Assembly: GCA_951406725.2 (NCBI GenBank)
Contig: OX597826.1
Coordinates: 2,914,001-2,978,000 of the forward strand
Source of the DNA: Octopus vulgaris
Lineage: Eukaryota
Direction: 5' to 3'
DNA length: 64,000 nt
The notes under the pieces are model-generated. The model made no database searches. It was given only the letters and a program-made list of their open reading frames with translations, and had not been told where the DNA came from. The position numbers and the translations under genes were made by a program. Every line of letters starts with the position of its first letter. The first letter of the stretch is position 1. Shown here in pieces: positions 1 to 12,111 of this stretch.

Positions 1-774
1 AAGAATTGGAAAATCAAATCCTAGAATCAATTCTGGAGAAGGAAAATGATGGAAGGAGATAAGGACATAAGAGTTTGCTGCCTCGCTGTAGTAGTATAGT
101 ACACCCCAGGTATTTAGTGCATATGTGTATGGTGCATCATCCAACAGATACGTTTCCCCCAGTAAAGGAACTTTAAAAAGAATCAACATATATGTAAATA
201 TATATGATATATGGGGATAAGATCAATCCCTCATTCGTAGTGAAGTTTTAGAGAAAGAGTGATGTTATATAAATTGGTAAAAAATAGCTGAACAGCTTCG
301 CACAATTTCCGTGGGTATAGATCACAAAAGAATGTTTTTCGGAAGTACGGATGTGCCTCGAAAAGAAATATCGATAGCAAAAAAAAAAAAGGAAATATCA
401 ACAAAGAAAAATCATATAAATATACGTAAAATTTACATAGGTTGTGAAGGAATACATCAATAGATTATAAATGGTGTACGAATCGACCCTCACAAATATT
501 ACCATAGTGTATCGACATTTGTAAAAGGAACGACAACGTTGAGTCTCTTGCAACATTTGGAACTGAAAAGATAAAAAAAAAAACAGAAAGAATCAGAAGT
601 GAGAAACTCCATAGAGAAAATATCCACCAACGGTGTTTTACATTTCTTTGTGTTTTCTTAAAGGAAACAGAAAAGTACAAAATACAGTGTAATAGAATTC
701 TTAATATATGAAAATGTATACATATATCTCTGTTTTTGCTATCTATGTGTATATGTATATATGTATAGGTATGT

Positions 775-776
<2 letters not shown>

Positions 777-809
<33 letters not shown>

Positions 810-855
810 GTATATATATATATGTATGTATATATATGTATATATACATATAATT

Positions 856-895
<40 letters not shown>
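777..895. repeat. (TA)n/(TG)n microsatellite
   Basis: Visible dinucleotide run. It produces the IYIYIY ORFs. Many similar tracts occur through the window. Confidence 0.95.
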
Positions 896-897
<2 letters not shown>

Positions 898-1057
898 GGC
901 GTAGGAGTGGCTGTGTGGTAATTAGCTTGCTTACGAACCACATGGTTGCGAGTTCAGTCCCACTCCATGGCGCCTTGGGCAAGTGTCTTCTACTATAGCC
1001 TCGGGCCGACCAAAGCCTTCTGTGAATTTGGTAGACTGAAATTGAAAGAAGCCCGTC

Positions 1058-1110
<53 letters not shown>

Positions 1111-1305
1111 TATATGTATGTGTGTATGTGCTTGTCCCCCCAACATCGCTTGACAACCGATGGTGGTGTCTTTACGACCCTGTAATTTAGCGGTTCGGCA
1201 AAATACTTCGATACGAGGCTTACAAATAATAAGTCTTGGGGTCGATTTGCTCGACTAAAGGCGGTGCTCCAGCATGGTTACAGTCAAATGACTGAAATAA
1301 CTAAC
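898..1305 (+). mobile_element. tRNA-derived SINE, family A
   Basis: Head GGCGTAGGAGTGGCTGTGTGGTAA (A-box-like), B-box-like GAGTTCAGTCC, CORE-like CCTTGGGCAAGT, internal (TA)n, tail CAGTCAAATGACTGAAA. Five more near-full copies in the window. Confidence 0.9.
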
Positions 1306-1439
1306 AAAAATGCATGTATGTATATACATATATATATATATATGTATGTATGTATATATATATATATATATGTATGTAAATACATACATATGTATATATA
1401 TATAATGTATGTAAATACATACATATGTATATATATATA

Positions 1440-1478
<39 letters not shown>

Positions 1479-2020
1479 AAGTATAGGTTATAAACCTCAT
1501 TATGGGAATAATAAATCCAATGAAAATACTGGTTAGTTACTGATCCATAGATAGTTTAACTCTGAGGTAACCATATAAACCTTGGTTCATATATTTATAT
1601 ATCATAAAGAATAAGAAGAAAATGGAGAGGTAATTAATAAAATGTCATTTATTAATTGTAACATATGGCAACTTGTCTGACAACTATTTCCATTCAGTAG
1701 TCTTTAGATAATTCACTTATAAAATTAAATCTTTATAATACGAGTCTCTTCGGAGGTAGTGAAGGTATACCAATTAGAGATACATGTTGAGGTAACGGCT
1801 ATAAACTGTTACCTGATATCATATATACAAAAAGAGTCGGTTATGGAAGGCCTCAATCCAACATAGTGGGAGTGGGCAGTGCATATGTCATATCTTAAAC
1901 AAAGAAAAGAATTCATTAATGTATCATAGGTTATTGAGCAGAACTAAAAGCATACCGTGGCAATTATATATTAACCGACGTTGCCAGAAATGGATAATTT
2001 CTAAATATAATATTAATAAT

Positions 2021-2021
<1 letters not shown>

Positions 2022-2088
<67 letters not shown>

Positions 2089-2111
2089 TGATGATGATGA
2101 TGATGATGATG

Positions 2112-2181
<70 letters not shown>
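2022..2181. repeat. (TAA)n/(GAT)n microsatellite
   Basis: Visible trinucleotide run. Confidence 0.95.
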
Positions 2182-2183
<2 letters not shown>

Positions 2184-2351
2184 TTCTGAACGCAGACCCC
2201 ACACTTAGAAGTAGCGCACCCGAGTCGCCCACATTTGGGGCGATCGCAAATGTCAACCCAACCGGAGTGCAATGGAAGGGCCTCACTCTGGGAAAACCAC
2301 CTTGTTGATCATGGTTTACCCCTGTGTGAGGTAACTTATTGTTTATATGTA
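2182..2351 (+). mobile_element. ~170 bp GC-richer structured insert between (TAA)n tracts; probable 3' end of a TAA-targeting retroelement
   Basis: TAA repeats on both sides. Hairpin GTCGCCC/GGGCGAT and a long stem CCTCAC..GGG..AAACCA/TGGTTT..CCC..GTGAGG just before the TAA tail. Confidence 0.5.
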
Positions 2352-3639
2352 TAATAATAATAATGAAATAAAATTTAATTTAAATGAATAAATAGAAAGT
2401 CTAGGATGAGAGGGAAAGAGAAAATATCAAAATATCATAAAATTTATTTCAAGACATTAATGTAAAAAACAATAATAATAAACTATTGGATAAGAAAATA
2501 TTAATAAAATTCAGACATACAGCGTTCCCTTAGAGGCACCGGAAGTAAATATGCTATGAAACATGCTTAAGGGCATGAAAGAATTATTAAGAAAATAAAC
2601 ATTATGTAAGAGGAAATAGTTATATATAAAGAAATAATTTGAAAATAAAATAAAACAAATGAGAGTGAATTTACGTAAAATACCTTCATGTATGCAGGGA
2701 TGTAGGAAAATATGTATATAAAGACAGCAAAGACGGAACAAATTTAAACGGGGGCATATCTGAAAGTGTAATCAGAGGTAATGATAATATATTTGTGTAT
2801 TTAAGCAGTGAATTATGAATCGGCTCAATATGCTATTAATTTGGCACAGTGTAGCACTAAATAAAATATAACATAAAATAAATTATTAAATAAATAGGTA
2901 AAAATTAAAAAAAACACAATCGAGGATAAATAAAGAAATTAGTAATAAATCAGGATTAAAAGAGATATATACCTAACTATATACGATGATTCTAACCCTC
3001 TTAATTAGGGGGATAAACATATCTATGTAGTTCGTATACAAGTAGAGGTATCATATACGAAATATTAAGACTAATTGAGAAATAAGCTTAATTATACATC
3101 AGAAATATAATCCGTCATTCTCTTTATAAACACTGTGCTACAGAGTTAAGGGGAGGTAATATGAGATTTACCAAAGACTTTGAATTTTCGGAAACTAGTA
3201 TATTATAAGACTTGACATGCATTTAATTAGGGAGATCAACTTATATGCAAAATGGAATTTTATACAAAGAATAAGTTAAGTAGATAAAATAAAGTAAAAT
3301 AAAATACAATATTTAAACTTAACACATAGTCATATTGTATAATTAAATAATATAATATTTTATTAATTACCTCTTTGATTTTAATTTAAGTTATTCTTGA
3401 ATTAAACCAATTTAGTCACAAAGTGACAAGAGCTTTCGAGTTGAGAGAGTTCCCGGTATTGGTAAATATCTGGTTGAGTTGGTGTGTTGATTGAACTATC
3501 TGTTGACATAAGAATCACAGATGGAGAAATTTTGGAATGTGTTACAAATCTTCATTGTGCCACTGATTGGATTTGAAAAAAAACTTCGTCAGTTACTTTC
3601 GCACTTTTTCATACATGTATGTATGTATGTTTGTATGTG

Positions 3640-3895
3640 TCTTCTATTTTTTAATTGTTATAAATCTTCCACTGCATGTTTCCAACAAAGATACAAGGGT
3701 CCATATTTGGGATGTAGTTAACACAGACAAATTCATATCCGGCAGTTGAGAAAAGCCTTCCATAGTTTTATTATTCAACTCACAGATTGCACTTGTAAAG
3801 TATTAATCAGCCGGTCAATTTCTCTTTCTAAAAATCTCAGTTTATCCACATTCTCCTTTAAGCATTTACTAACAAAACCTAGTCCTCCAGTGATA
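3640..3895 (-). pseudogene. 3' end of an RLE-type non-LTR retrotransposon, distinct from the Dong-like families
   Basis: Minus-strand translation ITGGLGFVSKCLKENVDKLRFLEREIDRLINTLQVQSVS*IIKLWKAFLNCRI* resembles the C-terminal IIGALG...Q...G segment of RLE LINE ORFs. A short UTR follows and runs into (CATA)n. Confidence 0.6.
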
Positions 3896-4139
3896 TATAT
3901 GTAATTCACGCCTTAGTCTGTTAAGTAAAGCACTACGCAGTTTGGGCTACCTGGTGTTATTCGTGTTTGGAGTATATTTCTGCTCGAGCTACTTCAGGAA
4001 TTCTGCAGTTTAAATGATTGTAATAATCGAAGCAGGAAACAGAAGATAGATTTCTTAATAGTGTTTATACACCACGACGATCGTTTCGACTTATCCTCTT
4101 AGACGATAGTATTATAGGAATAAATGAAACCTACTAGTA

Positions 4140-4370
4140 ATATTGTTCACATTAAAAAATGCCTTTAGCCTCAACTTCGCTGTTGCATTACATATACTGT
4201 CATGGCCTTAATTCACTTGAATCAAATGACTATAGTTTTCGTGTAGAATTTTGTAATTGTAAATCTACACAAGTCATGGTAAGTGGCTCTTAGAAGCTAG
4301 ACGCACGGATTCTTTTTACTTTATCCTTAGTGCAGTGTAGTTTTCCCCAACAAGTGACAGATCATTAAGG
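4140..4370. repeat. Unclassified interspersed repeat, copy 1
   Basis: TGTTCACATTAAAAAATGCC...GTCATGGTAAGTGGCTCTT recurs at 7125-7375. Confidence 0.8.
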
Positions 4371-4384
4371 AAGCTATGTCCGTT

Positions 4385-4603
4385 ATGGGTGGGAGTTTGT
4401 GCATCGAATACAGTTGCATCAATCTTTGCAGTTTGTGTCACATCAGGTACATGCGTAACGACACAGCAGGCACGAGCAACATGCTTAGGATGTCTCAGTC
4501 AGTATATCTGGCGGGAGATTCCATTCTTTATGCATGTACCTGATGTAATAGAAACTGCACAGATTGATGCAACACCATTAGATGCACAAAATCCTACCCC
4601 TAA
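4385..4603. mobile_element. MITE-like imperfect inverted repeat (~75 bp arms, ~70 bp spacer)
   Basis: TTTGTGCATC..GTTGCATCAATCT..TGCAGTTT..ACATCAGGTACATGC is mirrored by GCATGTACCTGATGT..AAACTGCA..AGATTGATGCAAC..GATGCACAAA. Confidence 0.65.
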
Positions 4604-4800
4604 CAGTTTCAGGATGGGCCGAAATAATTGTACGGAATAAAAACTACTACACAATCAATCGTCCGTTTCCTTCATCATTTATTATTATTATTATTATCAT
4701 CATCATCATCATCATCATTATTATTATTATTATTATTATTATTGTTGTTGTTGTTGTTATTATTATTATTATTATTTTAATTATCATTATTATTATTATT

Positions 4801-5154
4801 GGGTGAGACAGCAGTGCATGCCATCAGTGTGATACTGGGGTAAAATATACGAAGCCCGACATACCCATCATTACTACACGACTTATAAGTTTACACCAAA
4901 GATATGCATTACAACCATTTGTGGGCAATATGGTAATCTCATATCAAGATACACACCACATGACCTTGCAGGTGGGACCCACTTAAAATTTTCTTCCGGT
5001 TGAGTAGTCCATCCTGCTCAAACACCCAGAATAAGTGTCGTTTAAGGATGTTGAACGAAACTCCCATGTTACCAGAGGTCAATGATTCAAAGTCCAAAGT
5101 ATTCCCCTCAATCCATGGCTATAATGCTCCCCCCACTATTTCTGCTCGTGATCA
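4801..5154 (-). mobile_element. TAA-associated element C, 5'-truncated copy
   Basis: Homologous to 35307-35660. Its 3' end abuts the (TTA)n tract at 4680-4800. Confidence 0.85.
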
Positions 5155-6485
5155 TACGTTTTCAACTGTTTCCCGTCCACCACTCGGATCTGAGGAAAAC
5201 TATTTTTGCTATTGAAAATTCGTTTTCAACTGTTAACATACTACTTTCATCTTTCTCGGAATATGACCAGAAATGTCTAATGACTTTAATTTGTCAATCG
5301 AAAAATTACTGTCGAGAAGCTTACATTACATACATAGTATATAAGATAGCATTCTCAGAATACTAGACTGTACACTGGCAACTGGAACGGCACAGGCAAA
5401 CATATTATAATCTCTTTTATACTGGCCATCGTTAACGATTTGCATTTTCATTTCTGTTCTTAAATTATTTTGTCGAACCTTGTTTTTACAGGATGAACAT
5501 GATTAATTGTTTACACGATTATAATGATGATTGTACAGCCACCATGACACTCGTAGTCTTTCCTTATCTCTAACTCCACATCCTCTTCTGCCTCATCGAA
5601 ATTACAATCATCACCATCACATATTGCCTGATAACCGAATCAATGGAATTCCTATGTTTTTAAATCCCTATGTCAATATTTGTATCATTACTGGAACTAA
5701 GGACGATCTGATAATTGCATTTATCGATTATTTCTGTCATCATTTAAATTTTTGTTTTTAGTGTTATTGTATGACTCATTCGGCAAGGCTTTACTAGCGG
5801 TTTCTATTTAATAATTTTGAAAAAAAATCCATTCGTTTCTTCCTTCTGAGCTTCTTATCAGTTATTTTAATTTTCTTCTACTAATCTGTATAGTGGTTCA
5901 ATCCCCTCCCATTTTTATAATATCTAAAACACTTCAATATCATGGGCCCAAGATATTGCCATGTAACGTGGATATTTTGGCTTTATGAAACATTGTTCGC
6001 ATTGCCATCTTTTGCAATCAACTTTTCTCAAAGATGTTCCAAGTTTATGTCAGGGTTATTAAGGTAAAAACGAAAATTACACAACATTTGTTCATGTTTA
6101 TCTGTTTTAACATTCTGAATTTTTCAACAATACATTCTTCGCTTGTGATATTTGTTACATTAGTTTGTATAATAATTATCACTAGTACAACAGCTGTATT
6201 ATTTATCTTCGCTTCTTTTTACTAAGCACGTATACTTCATATTCTTATACTAAGACACATTTATGTGGGTATGGGTGTTTCTTATATTTTTCTATAATTG
6301 CAGACAATGTGTATCAATGGCAGCTTCATCAATCACTTGTATCTTACGGACTCTGTGAATGCGGTTACTTATGATAAATAGTTTCGAACATAAACGGAGT
6401 ATATTGTTTATTTGGTTTTACTTCATTTTTGGAAATACAGCGATCGCCTATATAGTAAAAGTATTTGGAATATGATGGATGTGTA

Positions 6486-6575
<90 letters not shown>

Positions 6576-7124
6576 CCCAGAAACATTACTAGTAGAACTG
6601 AACTAAATCACCTTCAGCTGTGAATTGGTCATGTGCTTCTGTCTGCACTCGCTAGAAAATGATCGTTGTATTGCACTCTCCAATATTGTATTTCACTAAT
6701 GTTGTTTTTTTATGCAACTACATAATAAGTAAGGGAGATAAATGAGATGTGTAGAAAATGCACTGCTATGAAAATGACTGAAGCAAATTGAAGAGGATGT
6801 AGTATAACATAAAGAGAGATAAGTGTACTAAATCGAATCTAAGTGCATATACTTTTTGCTATAAACGTCTTGGCACAACTGTGATGTTAATACTACTGTA
6901 CGATCATACATTTAATTCTGATCATAAAAATGAATGGATTCCATCTTTTTATCTGTAAAGCTGCTGGTGAATTACCTTTTTTCTTTCCAGCGTGATTTCA
7001 TTTGGTTTTGTAAAAAAAAAATGGCTTGTAGCTGTCTGTCTAGAACATTAAACCGAATTGTACTTGGTTAGCATGTTTATTAAACGTTGAAGGTATTTAA
7101 GGAGGAAATGAGTCCTCCATGTAA

Positions 7125-7375
7125 TGTTGTTCACATTAAAAAATGCCGTTGGCCTCGACTTCGCCGTTGCATTATATATAATGCTTTTGCCTTAATTCAA
7201 TTGAATGAAATGTCTATAGTTTTCGTGTCGAATTTTGTATTTGTAAATCTACACGTCATGGTAAGTGGCTCTTGGAATCTAGACGCATGGGGTCTTTTTA
7301 CTTAACTAAATTCCCCACAGAAACTTCCTTAGTTCAGTGTAGTCTTCGCCAACAATTGATAGACCATGAGGGAAC
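7125..7375. repeat. Unclassified interspersed repeat, copy 2
   Basis: Homologous to 4140-4370. Confidence 0.8.
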
Positions 7376-7689
7376 ATAAAATGCGATGCAGTAAACTGCT
7401 ACAGAGGGGGTAGGAATAGGATGCACGTATTACATTAGTTACTTCTCGATAATGTTAATAATGTATTTGATTCCTATTTACTGAACGATATATTTACATT
7501 TAATTCATTATTAACTTTCTATTTCATTATTTATCGGACATCGAGTCATGGCTTTCTGCGAGAAATTGATAATCTGCATTTATTTCATTGCACGAACTAC
7601 GATGTTTCGTGAAATTTTCCTGTTGAATTAGTTTAACAATTATATTTTGCATTCCAAAATATATCTTATTTTTTGCTTATCAATAATTT

Positions 7690-7900
7690 CGCGTAGCTTG
7701 GTGGTTAGAGTATTCGACCCGTGATCGTATGGCATTAAGTTCGATCCTGCCTGCACGATGCGTCCTTGAACAATCTATTTCATTTCCCGTCGTTCCAGGT
7801 TTCCCAGCCAGCAAAATTGAGTAGTACCTGTAATTTCAAGGGACCAACCTTGTAACGGTGCCACGCTGACTCTCCCTCAGAACTACGGTTGAAGAATGAA
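7690..7900 (+). mobile_element. Decayed tRNA-derived SINE, family E
   Basis: TAGCTTGGTGGTTAG head, AGTTCGATCC B-box. The body GAGTAGTACCTGTA.TTTCAAG.G.CCAACCTT matches 59949-60263. Confidence 0.7.
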
Positions 7901-8094
7901 TGTAACTGGAACTCTCGTTGTCCTGACCGACAGACTACCAGGTATGATTGTTCAATACTTTGGAATACTTATGCATCAGATAGAATGGTTCAAACACTAA
8001 CTACACCACTGACGAATGCTTGCAGTAATATTATTAGTGTCGACTCGGAACATGTAAAAATTGTAATAAAACGGCCAACCGAATGATGTTTCTT

Positions 8095-8366
8095 CCTTCT
8101 CGGGTCACGCCTGGATTATAAGGGCCGGTTTTCCGGATTCCCACATGTATAGGTCCCGCACCTGGACGGGACACCGGTCCGTCGTAGAGGGAAGAGTGAG
8201 AGGAAGTTGTGGCGAAAGAGTCAGCAGAAGTTCGCCATTACTTTCTGCCAGAGCCGCGTGGAGCTTAGGTGTTTCGTTCATAAACACACATCGCCCGGTC
8301 TGAGATTCAAACCAGCGATCCCTCGACCGCGAGTCCGCTGCTCTAACCACTAGGCCATGCGCCTCC
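8095..8366 (-). mobile_element. tRNA-derived SINE, family D, with a V-domain-like segment
   Basis: Reverse complement begins GGAGGCGCATGGCCTAGTGGTTAGAGCAGCGGACTCGCGGTC and contains CGACGGACCGGTGTCCCGTCCAGG. The head is shared with 30950. Confidence 0.8.
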
Positions 8367-9197
8367 ACCAACAGAATGATGCGCAGTATTATCATATACG
8401 CATTCATAGATTTTAAGATATTTCATAAGCATTGTCAAAAGGCAGTGACGAATGTATGTCGACGTCTATTGAAGAATACCTGTATTTGTAGAGATTATGA
8501 GTTAAATCTATTGCGAGGAGTCTGTTTACTATAAAATCGTATAACTGGTATAAATATTATTTCGTACAGGTTGATATATTTTCGAAGAATTATTATACAT
8601 GATTGCAGATACACAATACAGAATTGTATAGAACATAAGTTAAACAGCAGTGCATGTAAAGTATCGATACATGTCAAATCTTTGTTGCTTCTGTTTCAAA
8701 GCATTAATCCATATTACTCAGATTTCTCCTTATTTCTCCTTCGGATTTCCAACAGCCTGACATTCTTAAGCTGTCATTTCAAGTATTTGCAAAGTTGAAA
8801 GTAACTTTATACTTTACTTACGTAAATGTCACTGGAGAACCCTAAACAGATTGCTATCAATTGATCTCACTATGTATTGCTTAGATGTTGAATATCCCCG
8901 TGTACTTGTTAAAGACACAAGTATATGAAAGCGCTCTTAATGTTGTCAGCTATTCGTTTGATATCTCATTGGACATTAGCTTTGCACTTCAAAACTTCAT
9001 TTACTAGTAACAGCCTCTTTAGTACAATATGTTGCTTTAATTCTTTAGTGCACGAACAATTTTATCTGAAGCGCATAAGGCTTCATACACTTTTTTGAAA
9101 GTTTCCAATCCTATGGAATTTTCTGTACATCCGGTTTCGAGGTCAAAGAAAAGAAATCGAGTCTTTTAATCAATTTTTTCCACACCATGCCTAATCT

Positions 9198-9300
<103 letters not shown>

Positions 9301-9370
9301 ATCCAAGGAAAATTAACTGCAAGCAATCTGTAGTAAATATAAAAGACCACTTTCAGGGAAAATATTAATT

Positions 9371-10295
9371 CATAGCTGGGGCCATTACAGGTGCTAAGAC
9401 TCCGAGACAGAGGAGACCTAGGGACAGTTGTGGCTAAGAGATGGTTCCACACTCTTCAAACTGAAGGTTGTGGATTTTTTTTCTTATCAAGGTACGATTA
9501 ATTGAAAAAAAGTTTCTTCTGTATTTCACAATAGGCAACCAGGGTTGCCGGGTATGCGAATATGAATACAAGAGTTGTGGAATGTCGCAGGTAAGATCCG
9601 GGCAACATATGTTTTATAGCAAGCGGAACCCGGGAAGTGGTAAAAATTCAAGCGAGGTATTTACCGCTGGCAACTATTTAGGCTAAGGATATCTCGTTTA
9701 AATGAAAGTTTACATTGTCGCAAGGAAGATTCAATCCGAATGTGTAGAGAGCACAGCAGGAGTGGAGAATATAAATGCAGATAAATGTATAAATGTAATT
9801 AGGATTAAAAAAAGGAAAAAAAGAGAAAAAACAAGGGAATGAAAAGAAAGGGGAATTTAAGCAAAGTCATTTCACCGGTTATACACAAAACGGCTATTTT
9901 GGCCGAATGACAGAAATTAGCAAGGAGAGTGGTATTTGTAAAAAAGACAATCGAGAGGGAAGAGGAAGGGGAAGTAATTTCGGTCAAGGGGGAGGAAAAC
10001 GGATGCATGAAGAAAGCAAGCTAGAACGGTCCAGAATCGTGGCTGCTGCTACTAGCAATCAATCATGGTGTATATTGTGTTAACTTTTACAAGGAGAGGA
10101 TTCCCAGACTCCTCGCTCGAGCCCTTTTTAGTCACCTGTTACGCTACGCAGGGAATACGGCGACTGCATTCTACGGATGCACCCCACCCCCAGTCGCAGT
10201 GTGGTTTGCTAGTTAACTCATAGCTGGGGCCCTTACATAGAATAGACCTGGGAACAATAATGGCTAAGAGATGGTTCCACACCTCAAATACTGAA
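9371..10295. repeat. Region bounded by two diverged copies of a ~90 bp repeat
   Basis: CATAGCTGGGGCC...TGGCTAAGAGATGGTTCCACAC occurs at 9371-9451 and 10219-10282. Confidence 0.6.
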
Positions 10296-10704
10296 AACAG
10301 GGTCCCAGATCCCACTACCGTATGGGCGAAATCTGATGTTGCTCAAAGGGGTACGGAACCAGTATGATGCAGGCGGGGTAAACCAGGATATGCTGTAGAG
10401 TCCCGCTGCTGATATGGTGGGTTAGGCATGAATTCTTGTCAAATGTTCTAGTATAATCTCCATTAAACCTTCGCTGAAATCATCGGAGAAATCATAATCA
10501 AAATGTATGAGTGAGAGTGTTGTTGTAACAAACCCAATATTGGAGTACGATACAACAATAAATAAATATTCAAATCCCTTCTTACAATCTTCTATATATT
10601 GATAAAAGTCTCTCGAATTAAAAAGTTACGATGATATTATGATATTATTTCAATGCATAGCGTTAATTTAATCTTTCGAAACTTGCTTTATGACGATTTA
10701 GTAA

Positions 10705-11460
10705 GGTGGCTAGCTGGCAGAAACGTTAGCACGCCGGGCGTAGTGCTTCGCGTTATTTCTTCTGCTGCTTCGTTCTGAGTTCAAATTCCACCGAGGTCGA
10801 CTTTGCCTTTCATCCTTTCGGGGTCGATAAATTAAGCACCACGTTACGCATTGTGGTCGATGTAATCGACTTAATCCATTTGTCAGTCCTTGTTTGTCCC
10901 TTCTGTGTTTAGCCCCTTGTGAGTAATAAAGAAATAGGTATTTCGGCTGCTACTAGGTTCTGAGTTCAAATTCCGCCGAGGTCAACTTTGCCTTTCATCC
11001 TTTCGGATCGATTAAATAAGTACCAGTTACGCACTGGAGTCGATGTAATCGACTTAATCTGTTTGTCTGTCCTTGTTTGTCCTCTCTCTGTTTAGCCCCT
11101 TGTGGGTAGTAAAAAGATAGGTATTTCGTTTGCCGTTACGTTCTGAGTTCAAATTCCGCGAGGTCGACTTTGCCTTTCATCCTTTCGGGTTCGATAAATT
11201 AAGTACCAGTTACGCACTTGGGTCGATGTAATCGACTTAATCCGTTTGTCTAACCTAGTTTGTCCCCTCTATATTTAGCCCCTTGTTTGCAATAAAGAAA
11301 TAAGAAACGCTAGCACGCCAGCGAAATGCATAGCGCTATTTCATCTGTCTCTACGGTCTGAGTTCAAATTGCGCCGAGGTCGACTTTGCCTGTCATCTCT
11401 TTGGGTGTCGATAAATTAAGTACCAGTTGCGTACTGGACCGTGTGCCAAGAGTAGAAAAG
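10705..11460 (+). mobile_element. SINE family B, tandem multimer of four ~185-215 bp units
   Basis: Head GCTGGCAGAAACGTTAGCACGCCGGGCG. The marker GTTCTGAGTTCAAATT..CCGAGGTC.ACTTTGCC recurs at 10772, 10957, 11140 and 11355. Confidence 0.9.
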
Positions 11461-11983
11461 ATTATTTAGTCATAGTGATATTATTCCTTTTATCTCATAT
11501 CTCAAATTTATTGATATCTACAACTTTGAAATACATCAAATAATTGATATACGTAAACCAAATTTCTGCGTTCCTTTTACATTTCATTATAAGGAGCGAT
11601 TTTAGACTTATAAGCCCGCCATCAAAGAATAATTTACAAATAAATTGAACATATTTGTGATCTTTCTGTTTCAAACCTTCTGTGTCCCTCCATTTTTTGT
11701 CACACCAGGGTATATTAAAAGGAAAATCCCCATGCAACTTTTTCTGTTTCACTGGCGAATTGACCACTACTCTGCGCACTGCTACTGATAGAGTTGTGTC
11801 ATTAGAGAGGTTTACAATAATATTCTATTTAACGGAATACGTAGCTCTGACTTTATTTTCAGGGATCTCATCGTAACAGGTCCATTCACACATCAATTAT
11901 ACACACGTTTGATTCACTTCTGTTAAAAGTCATCATTGCCAAGTAGATTCCCTTATAATCGGAAGGTATCTGCCGTAAACTCC

Positions 11984-12056
<73 letters not shown>

Positions 12057-12057
12057 C

Positions 12058-12111
<54 letters not shown>

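Noticed and set aside
1-700. Possible Penelope RT remnant (minus-strand NVVVPFTNVD)
   Set aside because: One weak motif with no supporting motifs in register.
8820-9030. Possible hAT transposase remnant or minus-strand exon
   Set aside because: Stops in the frames I read and only vague similarity.
10705-11460. Tandem units as a CRISPR array or hammerhead retrozyme
   Set aside because: No unique spacers or cas genes, and I found no CTGANGA core in the units on either strand.
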